64,000 nucleotides of DNA, taken from contig MSGY01000006.1 in the NCBI GenBank assembly GCA_001940895.1, positions 65,179-129,178 on the forward strand, given 5' to 3'. Position 1 is the stretch's first letter. Each line of letters begins with the position of its first letter. The DNA comes from Christensenellaceae bacterium Phil10. Its GTDB lineage: Bacteria; Bacillota; Clostridia; Christensenellales; CAG-917. This document shows, piece by piece, positions 18,040 to 26,366 of the stretch. Under the pieces are notes generated by a model. The model worked only from the letters and a program-made list of their open reading frames with translations. It made no database searches and was not told where the DNA came from. Both the position numbers and the translations under genes were made by a program.

Positions 18040-19101
18040 TTACGAGCGGTTTTCCTTCTCGTTTTTCTGGTCCGTCTTCACTCTTTCGATGCTGATATTC
18101 GACGTATATAACTGACCTCTTTCGATAACGATGACGACGCCGTTTTCACCGTTTTCTGAATACGTCAGACGATCGGTCTTGTCGCTGTCGCAAATAAACG
18201 TGATTTCCTTTGCGTCGCCGAAAGTAAATTCACCCGTTTCGACGTTTAACACGGGCAGTTTTATTCCCGATATTTTCACGCTTGTCGCAACATCGTTACC
18301 CGTTTCGTCCTCGCCGGTTTCTATGGAATAAGTAATAGGATATTCCTCTTCTTCGCCGCCTTCGCGCTTAAAGATAACCTTACCGGTCGCCTTGTCGTCG
18401 TTCAACGCAACGATATAATAATCGAACTTACCGCCTATGACGACGTTCTCGCCGCCGCTCTTTACGAAATACATTTTTTCAAGGCCGTAAGTGCCTGCGA
18501 TTTCGTCCGCTTCGGGATCTTTAGAACGGGCTTCGAGCGTATTCAACTGATGTTGTTTGACGTCTTTTATTTTTTTGTCGGACACCGTGTTTGAAAACTT
18601 TTTCAGCGCAAAATAGTTTTTATTGAATTTCAATCCGTCGTCGATATTCGACTGTACAAGATTGAAAGTGAGCGTTTCGTGTTTAGGATAAAACACAAGT
18701 TCTCTGCTTGACGGGTCCGAATATCGTATCGCGCCGTCGGCGTCGTTGTACTCGGGCAGGCAGAAATCGTTCAGTACGATTTTGCCGACGGTTTTTCCGT
18801 CCGAATTGTATTTGAACGAATACGTTATATCATACGAAAATTCGTCTTCGTCGACCCTTTTCATTATGACCTTGCCCGTCTTGCCTTCGTCGCCGTTCAG
18901 AACAAGCATGAAGTATTCGAACTGTCCCGAAATATTGTATTTTGTGCCCTCGAACGACTTATAAAACATCGTCGTTACGCCGTAAATGCCCTTTACCTCG
19001 TCTTCCGAGCCGTCGTTTTGTATTTTCCTACAGCCCGAGAACGCGAATACCGCGCCCGCTAAAATCATCGTTGCAAGAATAATTGCGGTTATTTTTTTCA
19101 T
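18040..19101 (-). CDS. Paralogous lipoprotein, two-domain member
   Basis: Lipobox FSGC. Two copies of the module G(I/T)YG..(M/L)(F/Y)...(F/Y)(D/E)Y(Y/F)..V...D..TGKVI.K...(G/D)E..(S/E)Y..TY shared with the next two genes. Confidence 0.65.
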   Translation of the reverse strand: MKKITAIILATMILAGAVFAFSGCRKIQNDGSEDEVKGIYGVTTMFYKSFEGTKYNISGQFEYFMLVLNGDEGKTGKVIMKRVDEDEFSYDITYSFKYNSDGKTVGKIVLNDFCLPEYNDADGAIRYSDPSSRELVFYPKHETLTFNLVQSNIDDGLKFNKNYFALKKFSNTVSDKKIKDVKQHQLNTLEARSKDPEADEIAGTYGLEKMYFVKSGGENVVIGGKFDYYIVALNDDKATGKVIFKREGGEEEEYPITYSIETGEDETGNDVATSVKISGIKLPVLNVETGEFTFGDAKEITFICDSDKTDRLTYSENGENGVVIVIERGQLYTSNISIERVKTDQKNEKENRS

Positions 19102-19121
19102 TTTTTCTCCTTTTCGCCGTT

Positions 19122-19724
19122 TTATTCGTCTTCGCCGTTTCCGGCACGCTTATCGCGATTATTGATTTGCTGTTTCTTTGCACGCTCGACTTTCCTGTCC
19201 GTCGTACGGTTGTAAATTTTATCTACTGACAAATAATACTTTTTCGTCTTTATGCCGTTTTCGATTAACATGAAAACGTTCTTATAGGTCAGCACCTCGC
19301 GCTTCGGCGCAAAAGCAAAATCCGCAGCTTCTTCGCTTTTTACAAATTCCACTTTCGCCACGCCGTCCTCTATCGAAAAGACGGGCACGAGAAAACCGTT
19401 GATTTTTATCTGTTTGACGGTTTTTCCGTCGGTATCCAATACGTTTTCGTAAGTCACCGAATAACTCGTTTCCTCGCCGTCTTCGGGCTTTAATATAACC
19501 TTTCCCGTTTTGTCGCCGTAAAGTACGATAAGATAATAATCGTATTTATTGCCAAAATTATATGTTTCGTTGTCGTAATCTTTAAGATAGAGTTGCTGCA
19601 ATCCGTAAATGCCCTCAACCTCGTCCTCGGACCCGTCGTTGAATATCAGCGCGCATCCCGAAAACGATAAAAGCGTAAGGCACGCTATGATTGCCGTGGT
19701 TATTATCGCCGTTATTTTTTTCAT
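19122..19724 (-). CDS. Paralogous lipoprotein, single-domain member
   Basis: Lipobox FSGC. GSEDEVEGIYGL...YDYYLIVLYGDKTGKVILKPEDGEETSYSVTY. Confidence 0.65.
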   Translation of the reverse strand: MKKITAIITTAIIACLTLLSFSGCALIFNDGSEDEVEGIYGLQQLYLKDYDNETYNFGNKYDYYLIVLYGDKTGKVILKPEDGEETSYSVTYENVLDTDGKTVKQIKINGFLVPVFSIEDGVAKVEFVKSEEAADFAFAPKREVLTYKNVFMLIENGIKTKKYYLSVDKIYNRTTDRKVERAKKQQINNRDKRAGNGEDE

Positions 19725-19771
19725 AATCTTTATTGCCTGCGTCCGTGATTCTTAATTCTTAAATTTTGATA

Positions 19772-20383
19772 TTATACGGGGTGTTTGATATTTGAACTAC
19801 GAACGTCTTTTCTTTCAATCTGCCTTGCTTTGGCCTTTTCGATTCTTTTATCCGTCGTTTTCATCGTAAACCTGCTGAATTCCAAAAGATTCGTGGTTCT
19901 GGTTCCCGTGTTTACGACGTCGCTGACGTCGTATTTTCTGTAAGTCAGCTCGTCAAGGACGGGAACGAACGTGAACGTTGCCTCCTTCGCTTCGGAAAAC
20001 GTCAGAACGGGGGAGTCGTCAACCAGTTCGTATTGCGGCACTGAAAACCCCGAAACACAAACGCTTTCCACAACGTCGGGTTCGTCTTCCTTGTATTTGA
20101 CCGTATATGTTACGGAATACGAGGATTCCTCTCCGTCCTCGGGTTTCATGATGACTTTTCCGGTGTTGTCTTTATACATCACGAGAATATAATAATCGTA
20201 CTTGTCCGCAAAATTATAGGTTTCGTTTTCAGATGTTCCCACCTCGTATTTATAGAACATTCTTTCCAATCCGTAGATACCCGTCACCTCTTTCGACGAG
20301 GATTTTTCCGAACAGCCCGTCATTGCAAGCGAAAGAGTTAACATCGTTACGATAATCAATATAAATGAAACGAATTTTTTCAT
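19772..20383 (-). CDS. Paralogous lipoprotein, single-domain member
   Basis: Lipobox MTGC when started at the internal ATG 20383. YDYYILVMYKDNTGKVIMKPEDGEESSYSVTY is nearly identical to its neighbour. Confidence 0.65.
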   Translation of the reverse strand: MKKFVSFILIIVTMLTLSLAMTGCSEKSSSKEVTGIYGLERMFYKYEVGTSENETYNFADKYDYYILVMYKDNTGKVIMKPEDGEESSYSVTYTVKYKEDEPDVVESVCVSGFSVPQYELVDDSPVLTFSEAKEATFTFVPVLDELTYRKYDVSDVVNTGTRTTNLLEFSRFTMKTTDKRIEKAKARQIERKDVRSSNIKHPV

Positions 20384-20517
20384 AACAATATTATATACCC
20401 TTTTGAATTTCTTTGCAAATCGACGTTTTCGACAGGTTGTTTTCACGCATTTTTACGCGATTTCGGAAGGTTTTATGCCCGCGTTTTAAAAATTTGCGCT
20501 ATTTTCGATATTTTCGT

Positions 20518-20546
20518 TTGACAAATACAAAGTTTTGTTATAGACT
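20518..20546 (+). promoter_or_regulatory. Candidate promoter of the tRNA cluster
   Basis: TTGACA, 17 nt spacer, TAGACT, 28 nt upstream of the first tRNA. Confidence 0.4.
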
Positions 20547-20573
20547 AATCAAGCATTTGATTAAATGCATCGT

Positions 20574-20650
20574 CGCGGGGTAGAGCAGTCGGTAGCTCAT
20601 CGGGCTCATAACCCGAAGGTCGTGAGGTTCAAGTCCCACCCCCGCAACCA
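20574..20650 (+). tRNA. Initiator tRNA-fMet (CAT)
   Basis: CGCGGGG 5' end, GGGCTCATAACCC anticodon arm with three G:C pairs, encoded CCA. Closely resembles E. coli tRNA-fMet. Confidence 0.9.
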
Positions 20651-20654
20651 ACTT

Positions 20655-20731
20655 GGCGGCGTAGCTTAGATGGTTATAGCGGCCGGTTCATACCCGGCAG
20701 GTCGTTGGTTCGAATCCGACCGCCGCTACCA
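20655..20731 (+). tRNA. Elongator tRNA-Met (CAT)
   Basis: GGCGGCG...CGCCGCTACCA acceptor and a CCGG-TTCATAC-CCGG anticodon arm, as in B. subtilis elongator Met. tRNA-Ile2 is not fully excluded. Confidence 0.8.
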
Positions 20732-20847
20732 AAACTATTCTTCCGCGCGGACACCTTAACGGGGACGCCGCCGCAGAAAACGGCTTATACCGTCACGTAC
20801 ATTGAAAACTGAGCTATCCTTTAACGTCACGAAGATACGTTTTACGG

Positions 20848-20875
20848 TTTGCGTAAACGCAAAACGCCGTAAAAG
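20848..20875 (+). repeat. Hairpin repeat copy 1 in the tRNA spacer
   Basis: TTTGCGTAAACGCAAAACGCCGTAAAAG. About 26/28 identical to 20976-21003. Contains the TTTGCGT/ACGCAAA stem. Confidence 0.85.
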
Positions 20876-20975
20876 GTAAGTATTTGTTTATTCCCCTTGG
20901 TAATCGCCCCCGGCGCTTTCCAAACGGCCGGTCAAAGCCTAAGCTTTGCCCTTTATCCGTTTTCTTTCCGCCATC

Positions 20976-21003
20976 TTTGCGTAAACGCAAGACGCCGTAA
21001 GAA
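20976..21003 (+). repeat. Hairpin repeat copy 2, upstream of tRNA-Glu
   Basis: TTTGCGTAAACGCAAGACGCCGTAAGAA. Confidence 0.85.
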
Positions 21004-21036
21004 AACGTCTATAAAAAACAAAACATCTAATTTCGT

Positions 21037-21111
21037 GGCCCCTTGGTCAAGTGGTTAAGACATCGCCCTTTCACGGCGGTAACATGGGTTCGAACCCCGT
21101 AGGGGTCACCA
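21037..21111 (+). tRNA. tRNA-Glu (TTC)
   Basis: GGCCCCTTGGTCAAGTGGTTAAGAC...CCCTTTCACGGCGG...GGGGTCACCA. Near-identical to Bacillus tRNA-Glu. Confidence 0.9.
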
Positions 21112-21117
21112 CAAGTT

Positions 21118-21193
21118 GGGGGTATAGCTCAGCTGGGAGAGCACGTGCCTTACAAGCACGGGGTCACAGGTTCGAGCCCTGTTGTCCCCACCA
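21118..21193 (+). tRNA. tRNA-Val (TAC)
   Basis: D arm GCTCAGCTGGGAGAGC, anticodon arm GTGCCTTACAAGCAC, T arm ACAGGTTCGAGCCCTGT, encoded CCA. Confidence 0.9.
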
Positions 21194-21322
21194 AAAGAAC
21201 ACGCAAACACTGCGTGTTTTTTTATGCTCTTTCGGCCTCGAATCGTTGCTTTGCAACTTCGCACCTTTCGGTGCCCCTGTGCCCCGGTCACACTGCACGC
21301 TTCGCTTTCGTGAGTTTACTCA
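21188..21322 (+). repeat. 135-bp direct repeat, copy 1 (starts in the CCACCA of tRNA-Val)
   Basis: 133/135 identical to 24517-24651. The only differences are CG versus TA at GGCCT(CG/TA)AATCG. Confidence 0.95.
21198..21223 (+). terminator. Terminator of the tRNA cluster (inside repeat copy 1)
   Basis: AACACGCA / TGCGTGTT stem plus TTTTTTT. Confidence 0.7.
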
Positions 21323-21339
21323 CCCGCTTCGCTGTAATA

Positions 21340-21360
21340 CGAGCCCTGTTGTCCCCACCA
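21340..21360 (+). repeat. Duplicated 21-nt 3' end of tRNA-Val (att-like)
   Basis: CGAGCCCTGTTGTCCCCACCA is identical to 21173-21193. Its own hairpin/T-tract follows at 21371-21412. Confidence 0.9.
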
Positions 21361-21532
21361 CACGATAATCATCCGCACCTGTCGCACTTACAGGAGCGGA
21401 TGTTTTATTTTTATCATGCGTTTTGTAGTTTAAAGAACGAGCAGCCACGTACGACAAATCACGCTTTTTTGGATATGAGTTTTCTTGCACCTTTTTTTCA
21501 GTTTGTATTGAAAAACGTATTTTATATGATAC

Positions 21533-21751
21533 GTGGCATTGGCCAACGTGGCAAACCATATCTTGGTGGAATCACTGAAAGCCATTGCTCCTGCAAAAAT
21601 AATGCTTGACCTTCAATTCATCAAGTATGATTGGCAGTTGGCTCTCATCAACTCGGCAGCGGTTGTGCTCATATCAATGGTGTCAACCACCATTCCAATC
21701 ATCTTGTTGAAGCGTATCAAACCTATCACAATAATCAAAGCAAAAGAATAA
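21533..21751 (+). pseudogene. C-terminal fragment of an FtsX/MacB-type ABC permease
   Basis: Only the last TM region is present, with the typical end ...IPIILLKRIKPITIIKAKE. No upstream coding continuation. Confidence 0.55.
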
Positions 21752-21824
21752 AAAAACAGTTTATGCTGCAAAACGACAACTTTAACTACCAAATCTTGCA
21801 AAACAATCAAACAAAACAAAAACA

Positions 21825-21857
21825 AAAAGCGGACTCAAACTGGTCCGCATTTTTTGT
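21825..21857. terminator. Hairpin terminator between the FtsX fragment and the AraC fragment
   Basis: AAAAAGCGGAC / GTCCGCATTTTTT. Confidence 0.55.
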
Positions 21858-21881
21858 TGAAATAGGCATTATTATAAGGTT

Positions 21882-22200
21882 TTAGATGGCTTTCATAAGG
21901 TGGAAATATTGCTTGGGAGTCAGGTCAAATTCCTTTTTGAAGGCGCGGAAAAAGTGGGTGTAGTCAGAGAATCCACAGCGAACGTAAACGTCAGTTATGG
22001 ACAGACCTTGCTCAATCAATTCCTTGGACATAAGCAGGCGTTTTTTCAGGATATAACTGTGGGGTGAAACGCCGGTTTCTTCCTTGAAAAGGTGGGCAAA
22101 ATAATACTTGTTGGTATACAGTGCATGATGAAGCTTGCAAGCAGTATGACCATTGAACGTATCGCAGGCTTGGCAGGGGACAAAGTGACAGCCGACATGC
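21882..22200 (-). pseudogene. AraC-family regulator, DNA-binding domain only (N-terminal sensor domain missing)
   Basis: YFAHLFKEETGVSPHSYILKKRLLMSKELI...GFSDYTHFFRAFKKEFDLTPKQY is an AraC double HTH. The upstream part of the ORF runs into the start of the divergent transporter gene and has no plausible start codon. Confidence 0.6.
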
Positions 22201-22268
22201 TCTTTGAAGTCAACGAAAGGCTGAACAAAATCAAGAAGCCCCAAAAGTAAGCAAGGAAGGGAGATATT

Positions 22269-23861
22269 ATGAAAGAGAAGAAAATCAAAACCCCTCTTGA
22301 TAGATCTTTTGGCAAGAGAGATAAGATTGGATACATGATGGGCGACTTCGGTTGCAACATGAGTTTCCAACTTATCAGCAGTTTTTTGATGTTGTTTGTC
22401 ACCCAAGGTCTTGGACTTACAATGGGACACTGGTCAATCATCGTCATCATTTCAAAGATTTTTGACGCAATCAACGATCCCATCATCGGCGCGTTGGTTG
22501 ACGCAAGAAAGCCTGGTAGACGTGGCAAATATATTCCTTGGATTTTCTGTGGCGCCTTTGCAATCGCACTTACGACGGTGCTTTTGTTCCTTGACGTCAG
22601 AGCAATCTCCTACTGGGGCAGATTTGCATACGTGCTTGTTATGTACTGTGTGTGGTCTGTTGCATACACCGCTGCAAACGTGCCTTACGGCTCGCTCAAC
22701 GCAGCCCTCACCGACGATCCCGGTCAAAGAGCATCACTTTCATCACTTCGCAGTATTGGCGCAGGCGTCGCAATGCTTCCTATGATGATCATCGTGCCTA
22801 GACTCATTTACGGCAAGGCAGATCCAGTCACAAATATCGAACCTCTCCTTCCTGAGGTTTTCGTGTGGGTAGCACTGGCTTGTGGGGTTGCTGCAATCGG
22901 CGGATTTATGCTCACTTGCTTCCTTACGAAAGAAAGAAAACAAGTTGAAAAACCCAAAGAAAAATACAACTATCTTCAAACACTCAAAGGCTTTGTCACA
23001 AACCGTGCTGCACTCGGTATGTGTCTTGCATCATTCAGCCAACTTGTGTTTGTCATGTCCTACGCAACCACTTTGCCTCTCGTGTGCCAACTCTTCTTCG
23101 GTGACGCAAAGGCGTCAGGCACGGTCGGCATCGTCATGATGTTGCCTATGATGTTCGTCATCCCCTTTATGGGCAAACTTACAAAAAAGTTCGGAAAGAA
23201 AGAGATTGCAATGTGGCCCAACTTGGTGGCAATCGCCGTGCTTGTGATTATGCTGGTCATTCCTTTCCCCAGAACAAGCGCAGGTATGTGGGCATACGCA
23301 GTTTGCCTCGGCGTTGCAATGTTGGCATCAGCTCCCTTGAACCTTGGCACTTGGTCAATGGTGGCAGACTGTGTTGACGAGCAAGAAGTGAAGACAGCAA
23401 AGAAAGACGGCAAAAACCTCTACGCAACCTACCTCACAAAAGAGCAATTTGGCAAGCGTGACGAAGCAAGTGTGTACGCAACTTACTCCCTTGCAAGAAA
23501 AGCAGCACAAGGAATAGGCTCTGCGCTGGTGGCAGCCCTTGCAGGCTTGGTTGGATATGACTCAACAAACGTCCTTGCAACCACTCCTCAAACTTCACAA
23601 AACCTGTTGACTCTGTCCATTGTACTTCCTTTGGTTGGTTCAATCCTCATCTTCGCGGCATTCTTCTTTGTGTACAACCTGAACAAGAAAAAGGTCATCG
23701 AGAACACGGAATTCCTCCGCGCAAAGAACGCACGTATTGCAATCCAACTTGCAAAGGGAGCACAACCAGACGACGGCACGGACGAAGCAGAAGTCATCAT
23801 GTTTGGCAACGTGATAGAAGAAGTTTCAACTGAAACAGAACCTGCCCCCGCCCAAGCATAA
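22269..23861 (+). CDS. GPH-family (glycoside-pentoside-hexuronide:cation symporter) MFS transporter
   Basis: 530 aa. RDKIGYMMGDFGCNM...KIFDAINDPIIGALVD..R...GKY.PW matches the MelB/YicJ-type N terminus. Good RBS AAGGAAGGGAG. Confidence 0.85.
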   Translation: MKEKKIKTPLDRSFGKRDKIGYMMGDFGCNMSFQLISSFLMLFVTQGLGLTMGHWSIIVIISKIFDAINDPIIGALVDARKPGRRGKYIPWIFCGAFAIALTTVLLFLDVRAISYWGRFAYVLVMYCVWSVAYTAANVPYGSLNAALTDDPGQRASLSSLRSIGAGVAMLPMMIIVPRLIYGKADPVTNIEPLLPEVFVWVALACGVAAIGGFMLTCFLTKERKQVEKPKEKYNYLQTLKGFVTNRAALGMCLASFSQLVFVMSYATTLPLVCQLFFGDAKASGTVGIVMMLPMMFVIPFMGKLTKKFGKKEIAMWPNLVAIAVLVIMLVIPFPRTSAGMWAYAVCLGVAMLASAPLNLGTWSMVADCVDEQEVKTAKKDGKNLYATYLTKEQFGKRDEASVYATYSLARKAAQGIGSALVAALAGLVGYDSTNVLATTPQTSQNLLTLSIVLPLVGSILIFAAFFFVYNLNKKKVIENTEFLRAKNARIAIQLAKGAQPDDGTDEAEVIMFGNVIEEVSTETEPAPAQA

Positions 23862-23877
23862 CCAAAAATCAATCAAC

Positions 23878-23908
23878 AAAAAACGGACTGAAATCAGTCC
23901 GTTTTTTT
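23878..23908 (+). terminator. Terminator after the GPH transporter gene
   Basis: AAAAAACGGACTG / CAGTCCGTTTTTTT. Confidence 0.75.
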
Positions 23909-24144
23909 GTTGTACCGATGAAGATTGATTTTGATTGTTTTGACAAAACGAATGGTTTATTTTGTCGGTTTTGACATTTAAAATATTGATTAATCAAACA
24001 AGTTCTTGATTGTGGCAGTGCAGATTGAGCGCATTTTGTCATAATCCAAATAGTCGTGACGGTCAAAGATGCACTCGTGGGCAAAGCTTTGGACAATGCC
24101 TACTAACTGGCAAAGAAAAAGAACCTGAAATAATTATTATAGAA

Positions 24145-24483
24145 ATGACTGCTGAAGAGCTTATTGGAATATGCCCATCAGTAGTTGACTATAATGAAAA
24201 CTATACTGTCCAATCTTTAGAAATTAGTAAAATGATTCAAGAAGAGAAAATGCAAAACATATTAAATGGAACTGGCGACAACTTAATGCTTAAAAATAGT
24301 AAAGGCAGACAATACGATGAAGATGCGGACCATTCTTCATTTTACGGAGACGGAATAATCGCCATTGATGCGTGCACTCCATTGAGCAAAAAAATCAATT
24401 GTTTGGTTTTAGAAGATTTTGATTTAAACATAGAAAAGCCCACTAAACAGTGGGCTTTTCCATTTTATAAGACTATTCTTTAA
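24145..24483 (+). CDS. Hypothetical ORF in the AT-rich islet tail (possibly a gene fragment)
   Basis: 112 aa from an internal ATG, with no recognisable motif. A strong hairpin (AAAAGCCCACT/AGTGGGCTTTT, about 24433-24460) lies inside its 3' end. Confidence 0.25.
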   Translation: MTAEELIGICPSVVDYNENYTVQSLEISKMIQEEKMQNILNGTGDNLMLKNSKGRQYDEDADHSSFYGDGIIAIDACTPLSKKINCLVLEDFDLNIEKPTKQWAFPFYKTIL

Positions 24484-24516
24484 ATTCATCTTTGAGCGAT
24501 TGCGAAACGTTTTCGT

Positions 24517-24651
24517 CCACCAAAAGAACACGCAAACACTGCGTGTTTTTTTATGCTCTTTCGGCCTATAATCGTTGCTTTGCAACTTCGCACCTTTCGG
24601 TGCCCCTGTGCCCCGGTCACACTGCACGCTTCGCTTTCGTGAGTTTACTCA
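24517..24651 (+). repeat. 135-bp direct repeat, copy 2
   Basis: See 21188-21322. Preceded by TCGT, a degenerate match to the tRNA-Val 3' end. Confidence 0.95.
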
Positions 24652-24654
24652 AAT

Positions 24655-24682
24655 TAAAAAACACGCGAAAACGCGTGTTTTT
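24655..24682. terminator. Bidirectional terminator downstream of the histidine kinase gene
   Basis: AAAAAACACGCG / CGCGTGTTTTT. Confidence 0.7.
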
Positions 24683-24704
24683 GACTTTGGTCAATAACGG
24701 GGTT

Positions 24705-26366
24705 TTATAGCGGAAATTTTACGGTTATCGTCGTTCCGATGCCGAGTTTGCTTTTTACGTTTATATCTCCGCCGTATAAAAGAACTATATGCTTGACTAT
24801 CGCAAGTCCCAGTCCCGTGCCGCCGGTTGCGCGCGAGCGCGATTCCTCGACTCTGTAAAACCGCTCGAAAATTCTGGACTGGTATTTTTCTTCTATTCCT
24901 ATACCGTTGTCTTCTACTTCTATTGTCGCGCCGTCCGCGTCTTCGCTAAGTCTGACGTTGACGAATCCGTTTTCGTTTCCGTATTTAATCGAATTCTCGA
25001 TAAGGTTTTTAAGCAACTCGTAAACGTGCGATTCGGTTGCGTTTACGTGCGTTTCCCCCTCTATGCGGACGTCGACGTTTTTAGCGTCGGACAAAACGCG
25101 AAGGTCGTCCCGGACGGTCCCGGCCACGGCGGCAACGTCGACGCTTTTAACGTTTTCGGGCACCGTATTTTCAAGTTCGGACAATTTCAGCATATCGTTG
25201 ACGAGACTTACCATTCTGTTTGCGCTTGAAGAAATCTGAGTCGTATATTTTGTCAAAGCGCCCTTTTTATCGTTTTGTCTTATAATGTCGTTGAATCCGA
25301 TAATCGTTGTAAGCGGCGTTTTGAGTTCGTGACCCGCGTTCGAGAAAAATTCGCTGCGTATCTGCCTGCTGTTTCTTTCGGCGGTAACGTCCGTAAATAC
25401 GGCAAGCAAAGCGCCGTTTTCCACACGTTTTACCGAACAGCGGACTATTCGTCCGTTTAACTCGCATTCGAATTCGCATTCTTCCGAAAAATCCGATACC
25501 GCGTCCGCTATTTTTTCGTTATCCGTCAAAGCGACTGCGTTTTTTCCGATAACGCCGTCCGTACAGCCGAACAGCTTTTTGGCCGCCTCGTTTATCAGTT
25601 GCACGTTACCTTCTTTTAAAAGTACGATTCCGTCGCTGATGGTGTTTATAATGCTGTTAAGATTGCCGCGTTCGGCCGTAAGTTCTTTCAGTGTTTCGTC
25701 GAGAGTTTCGCCGACAGAGTTGATTTCGGCGACTATTTCGTTAACCTCTTTATCGGTGCTGACGGTAGTAATTCCGAAATAGTATCCTTCTTTTATACCT
25801 TTCAGTCCGTCTTTGAGTTCCGACAGCGGTTTTACGAGTCTCGACGCAAAGAATACCGAACAGCACGCGCCGCAAAAAACCGCAAACCCCGCAATACCGA
25901 GCATAAGAGGCACCGTTTTTATGACGTATGCGTTTACGCTTGCCACGTTTACCGCGGTTCGGATAAATACGTACGAATTCGCCGTTTCTTTTTTCACCGC
26001 GTAATATATCGTATCGCGACCGGTAGTTTCGCTTTTCCGTCTCGCCGTCACGGGTTTGTTTTCCGCCGCCGCGATTATTTCTTCGCGGTTTAAGTGATTT
26101 TCCATTCCGCTTACGTCCCCGTACTCGCTGTCGGCGATAACTTTGCCCGTAGCGTCGATAACGGTAACCCTGTAGTCTCCGCTTGCGGCCGATACGATAC
26201 CGGGGTCGCCGTCGTACAGTTCCGAAAACGTATCGGTATAATTTATGGCGTTGTTTTCGGCCTGCTCGTAGTTGTTGTTGCGCGTAACCAGAATTCCGAG
26301 ACCGAATACGAACAGTATTCCCGTCAGGCAAACCGCGCTTATCGTAATTGCGATTTTGTTTTTCAT
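24705..26366 (-). CDS. phoR: Sensor histidine kinase, PhoR-like
   Basis: 553 aa. Two TMs flank an extracytoplasmic domain. H-box FFSNAGHELKTPLT and HATPase N/G boxes (NLIENSIKY, DNGIGI, GTGLGLAIV). Terminal gene of the pst-phoU cluster. Confidence 0.8.
   Translation of the reverse strand: MKNKIAITISAVCLTGILFVFGLGILVTRNNNYEQAENNAINYTDTFSELYDGDPGIVSAASGDYRVTVIDATGKVIADSEYGDVSGMENHLNREEIIAAAENKPVTARRKSETTGRDTIYYAVKKETANSYVFIRTAVNVASVNAYVIKTVPLMLGIAGFAVFCGACCSVFFASRLVKPLSELKDGLKGIKEGYYFGITTVSTDKEVNEIVAEINSVGETLDETLKELTAERGNLNSIINTISDGIVLLKEGNVQLINEAAKKLFGCTDGVIGKNAVALTDNEKIADAVSDFSEECEFECELNGRIVRCSVKRVENGALLAVFTDVTAERNSRQIRSEFFSNAGHELKTPLTTIIGFNDIIRQNDKKGALTKYTTQISSSANRMVSLVNDMLKLSELENTVPENVKSVDVAAVAGTVRDDLRVLSDAKNVDVRIEGETHVNATESHVYELLKNLIENSIKYGNENGFVNVRLSEDADGATIEVEDNGIGIEEKYQSRIFERFYRVEESRSRATGGTGLGLAIVKHIVLLYGGDINVKSKLGIGTTITVKFPL

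Larger units (their letters stand above)
21194..24516. mobile_element. Decayed tRNA-Val-associated genomic islet (no recombinase present)
   Basis: Bounded by the 135-bp direct repeats. The interior is visibly CpG-poor compared with the flanks. Carries two truncated genes plus one intact transporter. Confidence 0.45.

Noticed and set aside
20740-20800. GGGACGCCGCCGCAG and ACATTGAAAACTGAG resemble the 5S rRNA 3' end and rRNA-operon spacer motifs.
   Set aside because: The matches are only 10-13 nt, and no 5S fold or further rRNA similarity is recognisable. They are possibly a relic but cannot be supported.
21051-21609. Track ORFs 21051..21368, 21106..21291 and 21145..21609.
   Set aside because: They read straight through tRNA-Glu, tRNA-Val, a terminator and the 135-bp repeat. 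The matching peptide in ORF 24492..24710 merely reflects the DNA repeat.
21882-22430. Full 182-aa AraC-like ORF as listed, and the overlapping 160-aa ORF 22046..22528.
   Set aside because: Only the C-terminal ~100 aa look like AraC. The N-terminal part overlaps the RBS and 5' coding region of the well-supported GPH transporter and has no homology signal. It is called here as a truncated pseudogene instead.
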